This document shows, in pieces, positions 1 to 12,719 of a DNA stretch of 64,000 nt. Positions within the stretch are counted from its first letter, which is position 1; every line of letters starts with the position of its first letter. Source of the DNA: Cyanophora paradoxa CCMP329 (Eukaryota > Plantae > Glaucophyta). The DNA lies in the NCBI GenBank assembly GCA_004431415.1, contig QPMI01000656.1, forward strand, positions 29,773 through 93,772, read 5' to 3'. A program made the position numbers and the translations under genes. A model generated the notes under the pieces. It saw only the letters and a list, made by a program, of their open reading frames with translations, searched no databases and had not been told where the DNA came from.

Positions 1-142
1 AGGTCCAACGGAAGCTTAGGGCAAGCCTTGGAAATATTTCTTTGCCAAAAGTTGGCTCGGAAACGATTCGAAATATTTTTTTCGCAACGATGGACATATA
101 TTTCTGATAGCATTAGACGTCTACATATTTATTTTATTGTAG

Positions 143-198
143 ATAGCGCAGCCTTCGTGCTGCTAGGGCTATAGTGCAGCCTTCGTGCTGCTAGGGCC
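143..198. repeat. 28-bp tandem duplication (2 copies)
   Basis: atagcgcagccttcgtgctgctagggct (143-170) is followed by atagtgcagccttcgtgctgctagggcc (171-198). Confidence 0.9.
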
Positions 199-854
199 GT
201 CAGGGCGTTAGAACGCCTCGGCCACCTTTTCTTGTACATAGTCGGGATCGTTTTCGATATCGGACTCAACGTTTTGCTGCGACGAACGTCGCGGGAGGGA
301 TGGAGGCGCCGAGGACGGCTTTTCTCTGCTGCGACGAATGTCGCGGGCGATGGCAAGTCCGGCTAGAGCTTAGCCGGCTGGACCGGGTGCGGCCGCAGGC
401 CGCGGGCCGGAAGCCGGCTAGGCGGGGCCGGTCGCGACTTGGCTTGGTGACTTTCGGGCGCAGCCGAATGATTTTCGGTGCAGCGGTTGTTGGGGTTCAG
501 AACCCAAGTCGGAACCCAATTCGGAATCCTAGAACCGTGAAAGTCCTAGAAAATACTTGCTAGTTTGCAACGCGGGCTAGTATAAGTAGCCGCTGCCCTG
601 CCAAAGTTGTTATTCTTTGTGAGGCGCACAGCCTCGAAATACTAGCAGCGAAACTCTGCCTCTCTGCGGCTGCACCTTGCCTTAGCAATTAATATTTGGG
701 AGGGCCTTGCATTGAATTGCACTACTAGCTGGGATCGCATCTCAGGTCTGTTATTAATCTGTTATTAGGCCTCTGGTTAAAACCCCTAGACTATATCTGG
801 GCCTTGCCCGGATTTAACCAGACGCTTAATACGCTAGGTGACGGACCGTCGGAC

Positions 855-1035
855 CCCCCCCCCCCCACCCCCCCTCTCCCCCCCTCTCCCCTCCCTCCCC
901 CCCCGCCTCCGCCCCCCCCCCGCCCCCCCCGCCTCCGCCCCCTCTAGATCTCCCCCCACCCCACCGGTACCCGCCCGCCCCCCCCCCCCCACCCCGGCCC
1001 CCCCGGGCCGCGGCCGGGGCCGCCCCCCGCCCCCT
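855..1035. repeat. C-rich low-complexity tract (G-quadruplex potential on the minus strand)
   Basis: Long C runs are interrupted by single bases. The overlapping ORFs are Pro/Gly low-complexity artefacts. Confidence 0.8.
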
Positions 1036-2002
1036 TTTTTTAAATTTCCCCTCCGAGGCTCCACTTCGAGCGGAAGCGATCACCCACGTGCACATCGATC
1101 TAGCTAACGCTCACAGACTCTATATATAGACCTCACTATTTAAAATTATTGCAAGGGGGGGTACCCCCTAGGCCTCCCTTGCTCCCCTGGTGAGTTGGTG
1201 CGGCGTACTTTCTGTGTTAGCAATTTTTGTAAGATGAGATTCTTTGCATGCGCTCTCGTTTAGGTGTGATCGCATCGTAGCCGCTGCGAGCGGCGGAAAA
1301 AAATGCAAGGGCGGGGCTGAGCAAACATGTCGAGGTCGCGCCCCACCTGCTATCGCTATATGCGCCAGACCACGTGCTCCTGATTGCTCTCGATGCGCTC
1401 TACAACTTTTGCCATACATGCCCGGGCTCGAAAAGCGGCGCGCGGCACGCTAGGCCGCCTCAAGTACCTGTTGTACCGGGCGCCCAAAAAAACGCTCCTG
1501 AGAGTTTGTGGCGATTGCTGGGTACACGTACCTAGCACCTCCAGCAGCGTAGATCTAGCTATAGATCTAGAGGTGGTCGAGGTCGCGGAGCCACGCTAGA
1601 GTGCAGAAAGAAGGCGCCCGCTACGCAGCGTTCCGGTGAGCACCCGGGCCGCGGCGTTTCGCCCACCCTCTAGCTCTCGGTGTACATGTGACGGACTCCG
1701 GTTCAGGCGGACTTCAGCTCGGCGATGTCAAGCCCTTCAAGCGCAAGTACGGGGCGGATCACCACTCGCACGCCTCGGCCCGCGGCCGGACTGGATGTAT
1801 ATGCGTGGCTGAAGCTTGACCCGCGGCCGCGGCCGGCACGCCGTACTAGCTGTACTACGTTAGCGGAGGTTGGCGGCGTCGCAGTATTCCCAGCTGCTCC
1901 TAGTACGCCGCGCCGGGCTGCTTCCCTGCCCGCTGCTCCCAGCTGCTCCGCGCGCCCGCTGCTTCAGCAGCTGCTCCCTAGGCCTGCCCGTCGCCCCGCC
2001 CG

Positions 2003-2560
2003 CTGCTTCAGCTTCGACGACTCCAGGTTCGCCCCGCCGGCGCCGCTGCTTCCGCGCGCATCACCCGGCCGACCTCCCTGGGCCCCGCGCCGGCGCCGCC
2101 GCTGTCCGGGGCGAGCTGACGCCTCGGCCCGCGCACACAGGCGACGCGCAGGGCCCGGTGCCACCTGCCGCTCCGCCCGCTTCCTCGCCCGCCGCCCGCC
2201 GGCTGCTTCAGCTTCGTCGACTCCAGGTTCGTCCCGCCGCTGCTGCTTCGCATCTGACCCGGCCGCCCCCGCTGGGCCCCGCCCCCGCACGGCCGCTGTC
2301 CGGGGCGAACTGACGCCTCGGTTCTGCGCATGCGCAGGCTACGTGCAGGGCCCAGCGCCATCTGCCGCTCCGCCCGCTTCCCCGCCCGCCGCCCTGCCGG
2401 CTGCCTCAGCTTCGTCGACTCCAGGTTCGCTCCGCCGCTGCTGCTGCGCACCTGGCCCGGCCGCCCCCGCTGGGCCTCGCCCCCGCACGGCCGCTGTCCG
2501 GGGCGAACTGACGCCTCGGTTCTGCGCATGCACAGGCTACGTGCAGGGCCTGGTGCCCCC
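2003..2560 (+). repeat. ~199-bp tandem exon+intron repeat (about 3 units) in a Pro/Ala/Ser-rich gene or pseudogene
   Basis: Units start at 2003, 2203 and 2401. Each has a CCAG|GTTCG donor, a CTGAC branch site and a CAG acceptor. The middle exon encodes GYVQGPAPSAAPPASPPAALPAASASSTP. Confidence 0.75.
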
Positions 2561-3642
2561 TTTCTCTCCTCCGGATCCCGCTTTCCCGCCCGCCGCCGCC
2601 CTCGCCTGCAGCTGCCCGCCCGCCTGGTGCCGCCGCCCGCGTCGCCACCCCACCTACCCGCCTCGCCACCCCGCCCGCCTCGCCCGGCCGCCCGCCTTGC
2701 CTCTCTAGCTGCCCCCTCCGCCCCCCTCCCCTGCGCCCCCCGCACCACTCCCCACCAAGTACCCTGCAATGTGTACCAGTACCCCCCCTTGCACCTCCGC
2801 GCGCGGCCCGCACTTGCCGCACTTGCACAGGGCCGGGCGCGGTCTGCTAGTATTATCAATACCATATTGCAATATTAATTGTCTACATCTTGCAATTGCG
2901 AGCACGTGCCGCGCTAGTGGCACAGCCTATATATAGCTAGTGCTAAGCTTAATGTTCTTTGCATGCACGCAACCGTACCCGACTCGGCGACAGAACCAAA
3001 TTGCACATTGCATTGGAAATTAAACCGCAAAGCTGAATTTGATTGGGTCACAGAGTCAAGTCGCAGAGCTTGTACTTCACATATGTACGCGATATACGGA
3101 TACTGTTATGGGATAGATAGAACTCAGGAATTCGAAGGAGATTATGAAGGTTCTGTACTGCATGAAATCGCAAGGCTAGGTAGATTACAAATACCAGCGC
3201 TAGCAATTGCAAGGGGGCAAATGAAACAGATTCGAATTGAGAATCGAAAAAGCGTGTGAGCATCAGCTTGGCAAGCTGCGATCGAAAAAACTGCACTGCA
3301 GGTAAAACGAGGCTCTCAGGCTCTCAGGCCTCGAGGCCTCGAGCTCCGCCCAACGCCGACGCCGGCGCCGGCGCGGGGCAGGCAAAGGTAACTAAAGACA
3401 GTAAACGGCAGGCCTACACCGCGGGCCGGGGTTGATTCGGAGGTCGCGTCATCGATGGCGTGACGTGGTACAGCGGGCCGGGGTGCGGGCCCCGGAAGGA
3501 TGGACTCCGGGAGATCGAGATGGGCCGGGAAAGAGAAATTGAAGACGGGCTCTGGGTGGGGATGCAATTGAATCGGGAGCTCGAGGGTGGGAGGGGTCCG
3601 GAATGCATATGGGGGGAAGGCAGAGGCGCCGGCCTAGGGCGC

Positions 3643-4092
3643 TCAGGCCCGAGCGATGGCGTCGGCACCGGCGGAGAAGGCGAGCACGGCCGCGGCCCGT
3701 GCGGCGCGGCTCTCCGTCAGGTCAACGACGGTCGCCGCCGCGAGGCCGGCCGCCGCGATCGCGGCACCCTTGCGCAGCTGCGGCGGGACGCCGGCCGCCA
3801 GGCCGCTCGCCACCGTCGCGAGGTGGATGCGCGCCGCGGCGTTGGCTGCGGCCGCGCGGGCCGCCGGGGACGGGCCGTGCGCGTGGTGGGCGCTGTGGGT
3901 CTTGTGCCCGTGCGCGTCAAGAGACGAGCGGGCCCGGCCGCCGCTGCCGGAGATGGTGAAGGCCGTGGCAAGAAGAGCTCGATTCCCTGCCATTTCTGCG
4001 CTTGCGGACGCGGCTCGGGGAGCAGCACGATCTGACGCCATCGATGCGTCAGCGCCGATCGGCCCGACGCTCGCGGGGCGCGGCGTAGACAT
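3643..4092 (-). CDS. hypothetical Ala-rich protein (149 aa)
   Basis: ATG-initiated ORF with a hydrophobic C-terminal half; no recognisable motif. Confidence 0.3.
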   Translation of the reverse strand: MSTPRPASVGPIGADASMASDRAAPRAASASAEMAGNRALLATAFTISGSGGRARSSLDAHGHKTHSAHHAHGPSPAARAAAANAAARIHLATVASGLAAGVPPQLRKGAAIAAAGLAAATVVDLTESRAARAAAVLAFSAGADAIARA

Positions 4093-5245
4093 CGCACCTC
4101 GTTTGATTTAGACGGTGGATAGGCTTAAAGCTTCGCGAAGCGGGCGAAGCTGGAGGACGCTGGATCGGAGCTGTATCACCGGACCGGCGAACGAGCACGT
4201 TTGATTTGATCAATTGCAAGCTGACTACGGGATGATGGCCGCGTCGGTGCTAGCCGTGCGAACTAGCTGCGCTGAGAGCTCGAAGCAGTTTGCGGCTAGG
4301 CGAACGGGGGCGGCGGCAGAGGCGGCGAGCTCGAGCTTCGGCGGCCGGCGGCGAACGAGAATGTGCTGACCGCGGCCGATGGCGGAGCCAGGGCGCGGAA
4401 AGCACGCGAGTTTCGGCCGCAGCGGTCGGTCAGTTACGCCACCGCGTCGCGTCACGGTTTCACGAACCGTCGCGAGCTCGTACCCGCTTTTAAATCTGCC
4501 CCCCATTCAGTATGCTCACCGCCGAGTCACCGGGCGCCGGCCGCGGCGCCGCGGGCGGGGCCGCCGGGGCGCCGCGGCGCCGCCGCGCCGCTGGCGCTAG
4601 CGCTGCTCACGATCAGCAGGGCGCCGCTATGTATACAGAGCTATATATAGCTATAGCTAGCGCTGCTCAGGCTCTCATCATGATCAGCCGGGCGCCGCTA
4701 GCTGATCAGCCTCGGAGCCCGGCGACCTTGAGTTAACGTTGCCGCATGCGCGCAGTGCGAATTGCTGCGCAATTGCAATACGCATGCGCGGCGCTGGCGC
4801 ACGTTTTCGCGCGAGCTCGAGTCCTAGGGCGCCGCGGCCGGCAGAGGTGCAGGTACATGCGCAGCTGCAGGCGCGTTCGCTGCCAGCTGCGCATGCATGC
4901 GAAGACATCGATCCACGCCCGTCGCCACTCCTCGATGCCGCGCCAGGCTGCTTTGTGCAATGGTAGGATTGTGTCCGTCGGAGACAGGAACACGCGAAAA
5001 TCGAAGCGGCCTAGGCTGAGAATAAGGTGGCGGGGCCAGGGGCCGAACAAAACACGTCGGAACGCGAAAGTGAGAGGAAAACTGTATGTGTGGTCATATG
5101 GACTATTTAAAATCTGCTGCAGAATGTACGTAGAAACAGAGTAGCTATGAAAATAGAATATACGCTTGGAGGCGCGGGCGGCGCGGCTAGGCCGCGTGGG
5201 TGGCCGGACAGGTGGGCGAGTCGCGCTGTTGCCTGTGGGCGGGGG

Positions 5246-7050
5246 TCAGGGAAGAAACGTACGCGGAGCGGGCTGAGGAGGGCGGCGGGGGCGCGCGGGG
5301 GCGGACCTGAGCACGAATCGGCGGAGGAGGAGGGAGCCGTAGTCGCCCTGGTTCGTGGGCGAGCTGCTGACGGCCTGCATGTGGTGCCCGTTCGCCCCCG
5401 CCCCGTGCTGCTGCTGCTGCCCGGCGGCGAGCGCCACGGGGGGGTCCGGGCTCGGCGGCTTGGCCCCCGGCGGCTCGGGGTTGAGCGCGAGGGGCGCGTA
5501 GCAGCGCTGCGGGGGCGCGGGCCGCCCGAAGCCGTTCTGCGCGGCCAGCAGCTGCTGCGGGTCGAGGGAGACAAGGCTGTGGCAGTAGCACTGCTGCTGC
5601 TGCTGCTGCTGGGCGTGCTGCGCGAGGAGCGCCTGGATCGAGCTGGCGTCCACGGAGCGGGCCTTCAGGCGGCGGGGCCCGGGGGGCAGCAGTGGGGGCG
5701 TGCCCCCCTCCTCCTCCGCCTCGAACGCCTCCTCGTCGATCGTCTCCAGCCGCGGGATGCGCGAGTGCGGCGTCGAGTGCGAGCGCCGGCCCCCCGCCGG
5801 CGCCCGCTGCACCCGCTGCTGGTGCTGCTGCTGCTGCTGGAGCTGCTGCTGCTGGAGCTGGAGCTGGACCTGCTGCTCCGCGGCCGCGTGCTGCCGAGCC
5901 GCCTCCGCCGCCGCCGCCGCGTAGGCGGCCGGGACGAAGGCGAAGGGGGCGCCGTGGGGCGCGCGGGGGGCCGGCTGCGCCGGGGGGCCTCGGTACGCGC
6001 GGCGGGCGCCGGCGGGGCCGGAGCCGCCCGAGGCGTCGTGCGAGCGGCGCCCGAGCGAGGCGGTGAGGGGCGTCATCCCCTGGTCGTCCAGCGAGGCGGC
6101 GGGGTACCCCGTCCGCGCCCGAGCCGCCGCGTCCAGCGCCTCCCGCGAGTTGGTGCGCGGCACGGGGTGCGCGGCGTGCACGGGGTACGGCACCGGCCCG
6201 AGGGCCAGCGGGGGCACGCTGTACTGGAGGAGGATGGGGCCCGGGGCGAGGGGGGACTGGCAGGCGAGCGCCGGGACGGAGAGGGCGAGGGCGGGGCCGG
6301 CGAGGATGGGGCCGGCGTGGTTCGCGGGGGAGGCCGGCGGCGAAAGGTACTGGATCTCGCTGAAGTCTCTATTCCCAAACTTCAGCACTGCGGCGCAAGG
6401 GAGTCAATCCGCGGCGGCGGCGGCTGCGAGCGGCGGCGCCCGCACCCACGATCATTTCCAGGCGCTGCGGGTTCAGCTTGATGGTCCGGTTGCCGGCGAA
6501 GGGCTCCCAGCGCCACGATTCGGGCTTCCCCTCGCGCATGATCTGCGAGCCACTTGGTGGGCGCCGCCCGCGCCGGCGCACGAGGGCGCCGCGCACCCCG
6601 AGCTTGAACTCGAGCATCGTGACTTCATGGGGCTCGACGCGCAGGCAGATCGTGCCAGTCCACGACGGGAACGTGGTTGAGCTCGTCTGTAACCTCACCG
6701 AGTGCTCGGGCCGCCTGCGGAGACGCACCGTCAGCGACATGCGTCGTGTGAAGCACTGGAGCTTTGGATGGCGGCGGGCGCAGGAGATGCGTCCTTGCAA
6801 TAGAGGCGACGCGCTACGACAAATCTATCTCTTCTAAATGTACGAGGCCCCGCCGTCCCGTGGTGCCTGCTGATTCGCAACCTCGCGCCAACGCACCACA
6901 CTCCAAGCTCGTCCGGCGCCCCCGTGAGGCAGAGGCTTTCGCCATATGTCGTCTGCGGACGTACATCGACTTATAAGCAATGTCTCGTCCCTCCCGGGCG
7001 GCAGGGAGCACCTCCGAGCACTGCACTGTGAGCTTGCAGGTCGCGAACAT
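5246..7050 (-). CDS. CBM20 (starch/glucan-binding) domain protein with a long Pro/Gln/Ala-rich tail, multi-exon
   Basis: The spliced N-terminus MFATCKLTVQCSE|TTYGESLCLTGAPDELGVW|RPEHSVRLQTSSTTFPSWTGTI...EFK|...RWEPFAGNRTIKL matches CBM20 motifs (T.yGe.l.l.G...eLG.W, p.W, WE...NR). Confidence 0.8.
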
Positions 7051-7465
7051 TGCCTCGGCGTCTCCAGGCCTGTGCCGGGCAATGCGTGAGATTCGAGTGT
7101 CGTAGAAGAGTGTCATCGAGTTGAAAACATTGGGAAAGACCTCCGGGGCGCGGGTTGGCGCCGAAAGGGCGGTCTTCCCGCCTCGCCGTCCCTGGACGCG
7201 TCCCTGAGCAATTTGGAGGACGTTACGTCGCCAGCGTCTCCAGCGTCTGCAGCTTGCTCCTAAAGAGGCCGTCTAAGAACACGATCGAGACGTCCCGGGC
7301 GTGATCTTTGCCAGGAATGGCTTCTATAGCATCTCGGGATTCAGGAGAGCGGGTGCTGCTGCTGCTACGTACGCTATCGCGGGTCAGGCGGCGGGCGCCG
7401 TCGGCTCCTCTCGTGGAACTGATTAATGTACCCGGGTCCGTCATCGTGTTGCCGTCGCTCTTACA

Positions 7466-9704
7466 ATGATCGGATCAGCGGCTGCAGCGCTCGATCCCGC
7501 GGAGATTTTGCCCGGCGACGTCTTCACGGCCGCGCTCGCCCGTCTTCCCGCGCTCGATCGCCGCAGCGCGGCTCTGGCCTGCAAGCACTGGCGGGATGCC
7601 GCCTACGCATCCTTTGCCCGGGATCCGGAGCCGTTGGCACTTCGGTGCCTCCCCACGCCCTCTCCTTTTCTCGTTCTAGGGGCGGAGCCCGGCGCGGGGC
7701 TCGACCTACAGGCGCTGCGTTCCGAGGTTTCTAACGCGCATGGAACGCGCGGGAATTTCTCCGTCGCCGACGGGACGGACGGCGATGAGCACGCCGCGAG
7801 CTCGAGGCCACCGCCAGGGCGCATCCTCACCATATCAGAGGCCATCTCCACGCTCCGTCAGCCGCGCTTTGCTGCAATCGAATCACTTTCCCTCGAGGTC
7901 GTCCTGCCCGGGTGCGCACGCGGCTTCGCCTTGCAGCTTCACTCCGAATCTCAACGGGCGCGCAGGATCGGCAAGCGCGGGGGGCTCTACGGCGGCCGCG
8001 AGGCGGACGTGGGGGCCGTCGTAGGGGCGGCCCCGCCCTCCCTCTGCGCGCTGCGGCTCGAGTTCTTCCTCCGAGACGCCGGCATGGTCCTCGGCACCTG
8101 CTCCGTCCCCACGGTCTGGCGATACGCCGCCAGGCGCGCGCGCCTCGCCGCTCGCAGCGGCGCCGGCGGGCTGACGGGGCGGGGCGCGGCAGCTACGACC
8201 TGTGCCGCCTCTCGCGGGACGTCCTCCGCGGCATCGGGCGCTCCGTCGCCGCCTGCCCGAACCTCCGCCGCCTCTCGTGCGCCCCCGCCCCTCCCGGGCG
8301 CGCGCCCCAGACCCGCCGCAGACGGAGCGCGCAGGCTGCCCGAGCGCTTCTGGGTCGCCACAGACGGATCGGAGGAGGAGGGCGGGGACGACGGCACGAC
8401 CGCCGCCGCCCTCTCCCTCCTCGGCCACTGCGACAGGCCTGCCCCACGCCCGCCCGACCCCGCACGTTCTTCGAGCCCTCCTGAGGCGCGCGCGCGGGCG
8501 CGCGCAGCCCCGTCGAGCAGCTGGACTTCGAGCTCCGCCTCCTTCCGTCCTCCAGTGCGCCCAGCCCGCCCCGCGCGGCCCTCGCGCTCGAGCGGCGCGG
8601 CGCGCGCGTGCAGGCGCCTCCTTCTGCCGCTGGCTCTGCTCGGCCTTCCCGCGCCTGCGCCGCGTGGCGCGGGCGGCCGCCCCCGCCTGGCACCTCCCGC
8701 TCCTCAGCTCCTGCCCCCTCCGCTTCTCCCACGTGCGCGTCGACGGCCCCCCGACCGGTCCGCGCTCCCCGCTCGAACCCCGCCGGCGCCTTTTCATCTA
8801 GCTTTCGCCGCAGGCGTCGACGCCTCGGAGCTCGCCGCTGACCTCGCCGCCCTCGTCGCCGGCGGCCGCAGGCGCTCCGACTCTCACCGATCTATCTCCC
8901 CCCCCCTCGTTGACCGGTACCCCCCAGGACCGTCTCCCTGGAGCTGCACTACGTGCGGCGCCTCGAGCGGGCCGACCCCCGCTGCCTCGCGGTCCGCCGT
9001 ACCCCCTCGAGCCCATCTTGCACCCACCCGCCTCCTAATCCGGTACCCCGCAGGGCCTGCGGTGCCTGGAGCTGAGCCCGGGGCCCCACGGCGCCTACCG
9101 CACCTCGCGGGCCGCCCTCGTCTGGATCGGCGGTACCCCCCGAGCCCGTGCGCTCCGCTCCCTCGCCTGAAGCGGGGGCGGGGCGCAGAGAGCGGGGCGA
9201 CGGGGACGCTGGAGGCGCTGCGGGTGAGCCCGGCGCCGGACGCCGCCCCCGACGACGTCGCAGCCCTCCTCCGCGCCCTGCCCCGCCTCGCCTGGTCCCC
9301 GCGCCCCGCCCCCCCGCCGTCCCGGCCTTCGGTCGCTGAGGCTCGAGCCGCGCATGCGCAGGCTCTCGCTGGGCCTCGGCTGCGAGGGGTGCAGCGCCCT
9401 CGTGTGGCCCGCAGACGGCCGCGGGCTTGCCGCCGCCCGCGCCGCCGTCGACGCCGTCGCGCGGGAGCGGCCCGACCTGCTGCGCCCCCTGGAGGCCGAG
9501 GCCGGGCCCGAGCGCGTCGCCCAGGCCAGCGCCGCCCTCGCCGCCGGCGTGGGGCGCCGCCCCGCCCACCCGGGCCCGGAGCCCGAGCCCGAGCTCGAGG
9601 AGGCGGAGACGGGGCAGGGGACGGGGCAGGCGGCGGCGCCGGCGCGACCCGACCGAGCACGATCGGGCTCTCTGGGCCGCGCCCCAAGCGATCGCGAAGA
9701 GTAG
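7466..9704 (+). CDS. F-box / LRR (RNI-like) protein, multi-exon
   Basis: N-terminal F-box-like segment ILPGDVFTAALARLPALDRRSAALACKHWRDAA; LxxLxL repeats in later exons (CPNLRRLS, LEQLDFE, LEALRV). Confidence 0.7.
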
Positions 9705-9891
9705 CGTGCGCGGGAGAGAAGTCAGTCGGAGGAGAGCTCTGTACAGGGGTCCTGTAGCTTGCTGTATGCATATGCATATGCTACAGCGACCCGGAAGAGT
9801 ATACGTATTATTGCGAGGGACGCGCCTCGACGCCCACGGCCACGTGCGTGCATCTTAATTACCGCGCGTGGCCGGGCCACCGCTGGCATAT

Positions 9892-9909
9892 CGGCTTGAC
9901 GTCAAGCCG
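9892..9909. promoter_or_regulatory. 18-bp perfect palindrome containing TGACGTCA (CRE/bZIP-type site)
   Basis: cggcttgacgtcaagccg lies ~110 bp upstream of the ATG at 10021. The function is inferred only. Confidence 0.3.
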
Positions 9910-10020
9910 CGATCGCTGTACCCGTTTGGTCAAGCCGTCGCGTAGGGCGCTGCTATAGCCACCAGCTGCAGCTGCAGTGCACGAGCGCAGCACAAGCGCA
10001 GCCCAAGACCGCGCAGCGCG

Positions 10021-12311
10021 ATGCCGCCGAAGAAAACTCGGAGGGCAAAGCGCGCCCGAGTGGAGGAACCGGAGGCGACTTCAGAGCCTGAGACTGAGCC
10101 TCGCCGATCATCGGAACGACTCTCTCGCGGTGACACGTCGGCCGCGGGCGAGCTCGTCGTTGCACAGGAGGAGGGCGACTCGCTGGAGCACGGAGCGGCG
10201 TACAGAAAGCGGCTGGCGAGTATACTCGAACGCGTGCGGAGCGGGGCGTTGGCGGGCTGCCGCGAGATCAGCCTGGACGGCTGCGCCATCGGCGGCTACG
10301 GCAGCGGCGAGTGGACCAAGGAGGACATCGATGCGAGCCTGCTTGCTGCTAGCGACGTGGCGGGTGAGCCCTCGCTCCACCGCTGCGCGCACGCCACGGC
10401 CGTTGACCCCTGCGTGCTGCCCGCGCGCGCGGGGCGCCGGCCCCGCAGAGCTGCTGGCCCTGGCTGCGAAGGCGGGGCCGCTGGAGCACGTCCACTTCGG
10501 CGCCGGCTGGTGGCGCTGGCCCCGCGAGGAGGAGCAGCGCGAGAAGGGCGTCGCCGAGCCCCTCCCCCTCAAGGCCGTCGCCCGCTCCTTCCTGGCGGCG
10601 CTCGCCGGCGCTCGGCTCTCCACGCTCAGCTTCGAGGACCCGACGGCGTCGCCTCAGAAGCAGACGGAATACGAAGACGAGGAGGACGACGACGAGCACC
10701 TGTGCCGCGCCGTGATCGACGCCGCGGCGCCGGGCTGCTTCCCGCACATCTCGGAGCTGCGCGTCGGCCACACCTACGGCTGCCGCCTCCGGAGCCCGCA
10801 GGCGGTGCGCCTCGCCCCGGCCCGCCGGCCCGGCCGCGCCGCCTGCCTCGAGCTCCTGATCATGACTGCCGGCCGCGAGCGCAGGCGAAGCTGGCGAAGG
10901 TCTGGCCGAGCCTGAAGAAGCTCTCGTGCGGCGTGCTGGGCGGCGGGGCGCTGGAGAAGCTGGCCAGGCTGAGGGCGCTGGAGGAGCTGCGGGTCACGGC
11001 CTGGTTCGACGACGACGACGAGAGCTCGGAGGGCCTGCTGGAGGCGGCGCTCGGGAAGCTCGGGCGGCGGGCGCCGAGCGCGCGCGCGCTGCACCTTCTC
11101 TCCTCGGAGGAGCTCCGCGTGAATCTCTTCGACCTGGAGGGCGGCGGGGACCGCGTGCCGGACCTCGTCGGCTGCGGCCCCCGCCCGTTCCTCGTCGGCC
11201 CCGACTGCCTCAAGGCCCTCCTCCGCCTCTCGCACCTCGAGGAGCTCTCCCTCGGGGTGCCCGCCGCCCCCGCCCCCGCCACGCCGAGCCGGCGGCTCGT
11301 GATCACGCTCGGCAGGTCGAGGACTCGAGCAGCGGCCTCCTGCCCCGGCTCGCCTCCCTGCAGAAGCTGCGCACCCTCAAGCTCGACCTGCCGGTGCGCG
11401 CCCCTTACAGTAGCCATAGACCTCCGAAAGGCGCCGCGATTCGTCTCCTCCTGATTCGATTTCTCCGTCGAGCAGAAGCAGACCGCTCGCAATGGGGGCA
11501 AGGCCCTGTTCGAGGGGGCTGCCAAAGGGCTGAGGGCCCTCCCCGCGCTCCGCCTGCAGCTCCTGGTCGACAACTACGACGAGCACTGCGCCTTCTCGAT
11601 CAACTCCGCCGGCCTCGCCCGCCTCGTGCGGGACGCGCGCCCGATCCTCGACGAGCTCATCTTCAACCACCTAAACCTGGGGGAGGACTCCGCATCCAGC
11701 CTCTTCAGGGCGCGCCCCCTTTAGAATCGAGCCGACCCTCGCGCGCCCCGGCCCTCCCGGCCGCGCCGCCTCTGACGTCGACGCCCCTGCAGGAGGTCGC
11801 GCGGGGCGGGCCGAGGCTGCGGCGCGTGATGGTTGTCAGCGAGCTGGACGGCGGCCTGCACCGCTACCGGCCCCTCCTCCGCCTCTCCAAACTCTACGGC
11901 GCCACACCGGCGATGGCCAGCAAGGGCAAGCGCGAGGAGGACGAGGAGAACGAGGCGGACGAGGAGGAGGAGGAGGAGGAGGACGAGGAGGGGGACGAGG
12001 AGGAGGAGGAAGACGACGACACGGAGGAGGGGGAGGAGGAGGAGGAGGAGGGGGAGGAGGGGGAGGAGGAGGAGGAGGAGGAGGAGGATAGGTACTCGAT
12101 CGAAGAGGAGGAGTGTTCGAGCGAGAAGGAGGGGGCGGAGAAGGCTCGGCCCCTGCCGGACTTCCGCCTGCACTTCGTCTTCTACACCGACAATCCCGAG
12201 AGCACGTGCAGGAGAGTCCGCCGGTGGGCGCGGGCGGAGCGCGTCCCGATGCTGCTGACCGTCAACAACAAGAACCGCAAGCTGGAGGGGAACTCGGGAG
12301 TCTCGGGGTGA
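10021..12311 (+). CDS. RNI-like LRR protein with basic N-terminus and poly-Glu/Asp tract, multi-exon
   Basis: Starts MPPKKTRRAKRAR (NLS-like). Repeats include WPSLKKLSC, LRALEELRV, LSHLEELSL and LQKLRTLKL. Acidic tract at ~11930-12110. Confidence 0.7.
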
Positions 12312-12719
12312 CAGCGATGAGCGATGATGAGGAGGGGGGGCGAAGACGGTAGCATACGCAGCGAATCAAATATTCAATTAGCTATAGCATGCTAGAAGTC
12401 GCTGTTTGTCCGCACTGCGCGTGCGGCATCTTCTTTCTTCTTGCATGTTCTTCTTTTTCTTAATGAGATTTCATTGCATTCAAATGCAAATCATCATGAA
12501 TTGTTCGGCACCGTAGTAGTACTTTCATTAACTATTATTTCGTTGGCCACGTGCACGCGCACGCGCGCCGCTCCTGCCGCAGTGCACCGCGCCACTGGGC
12601 CACGCTGCCCGCCATAAAATCTAAAAATAAAGCCGAGCCCGTGTCCTAATCATCGATCATGATCATGACTTGACGTTAACGCGCCCAGGTCCGGTGCACG
12701 TGCACCGGGCCAGGCCGCC

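Noticed and set aside
2963-3259. AT-rich 98-aa ORF (similar short ORFs at 38810-39110 and 44357-45038)
   Set aside because: No recognisable motif; cannot be distinguished from chance ORFs or decayed fragments.
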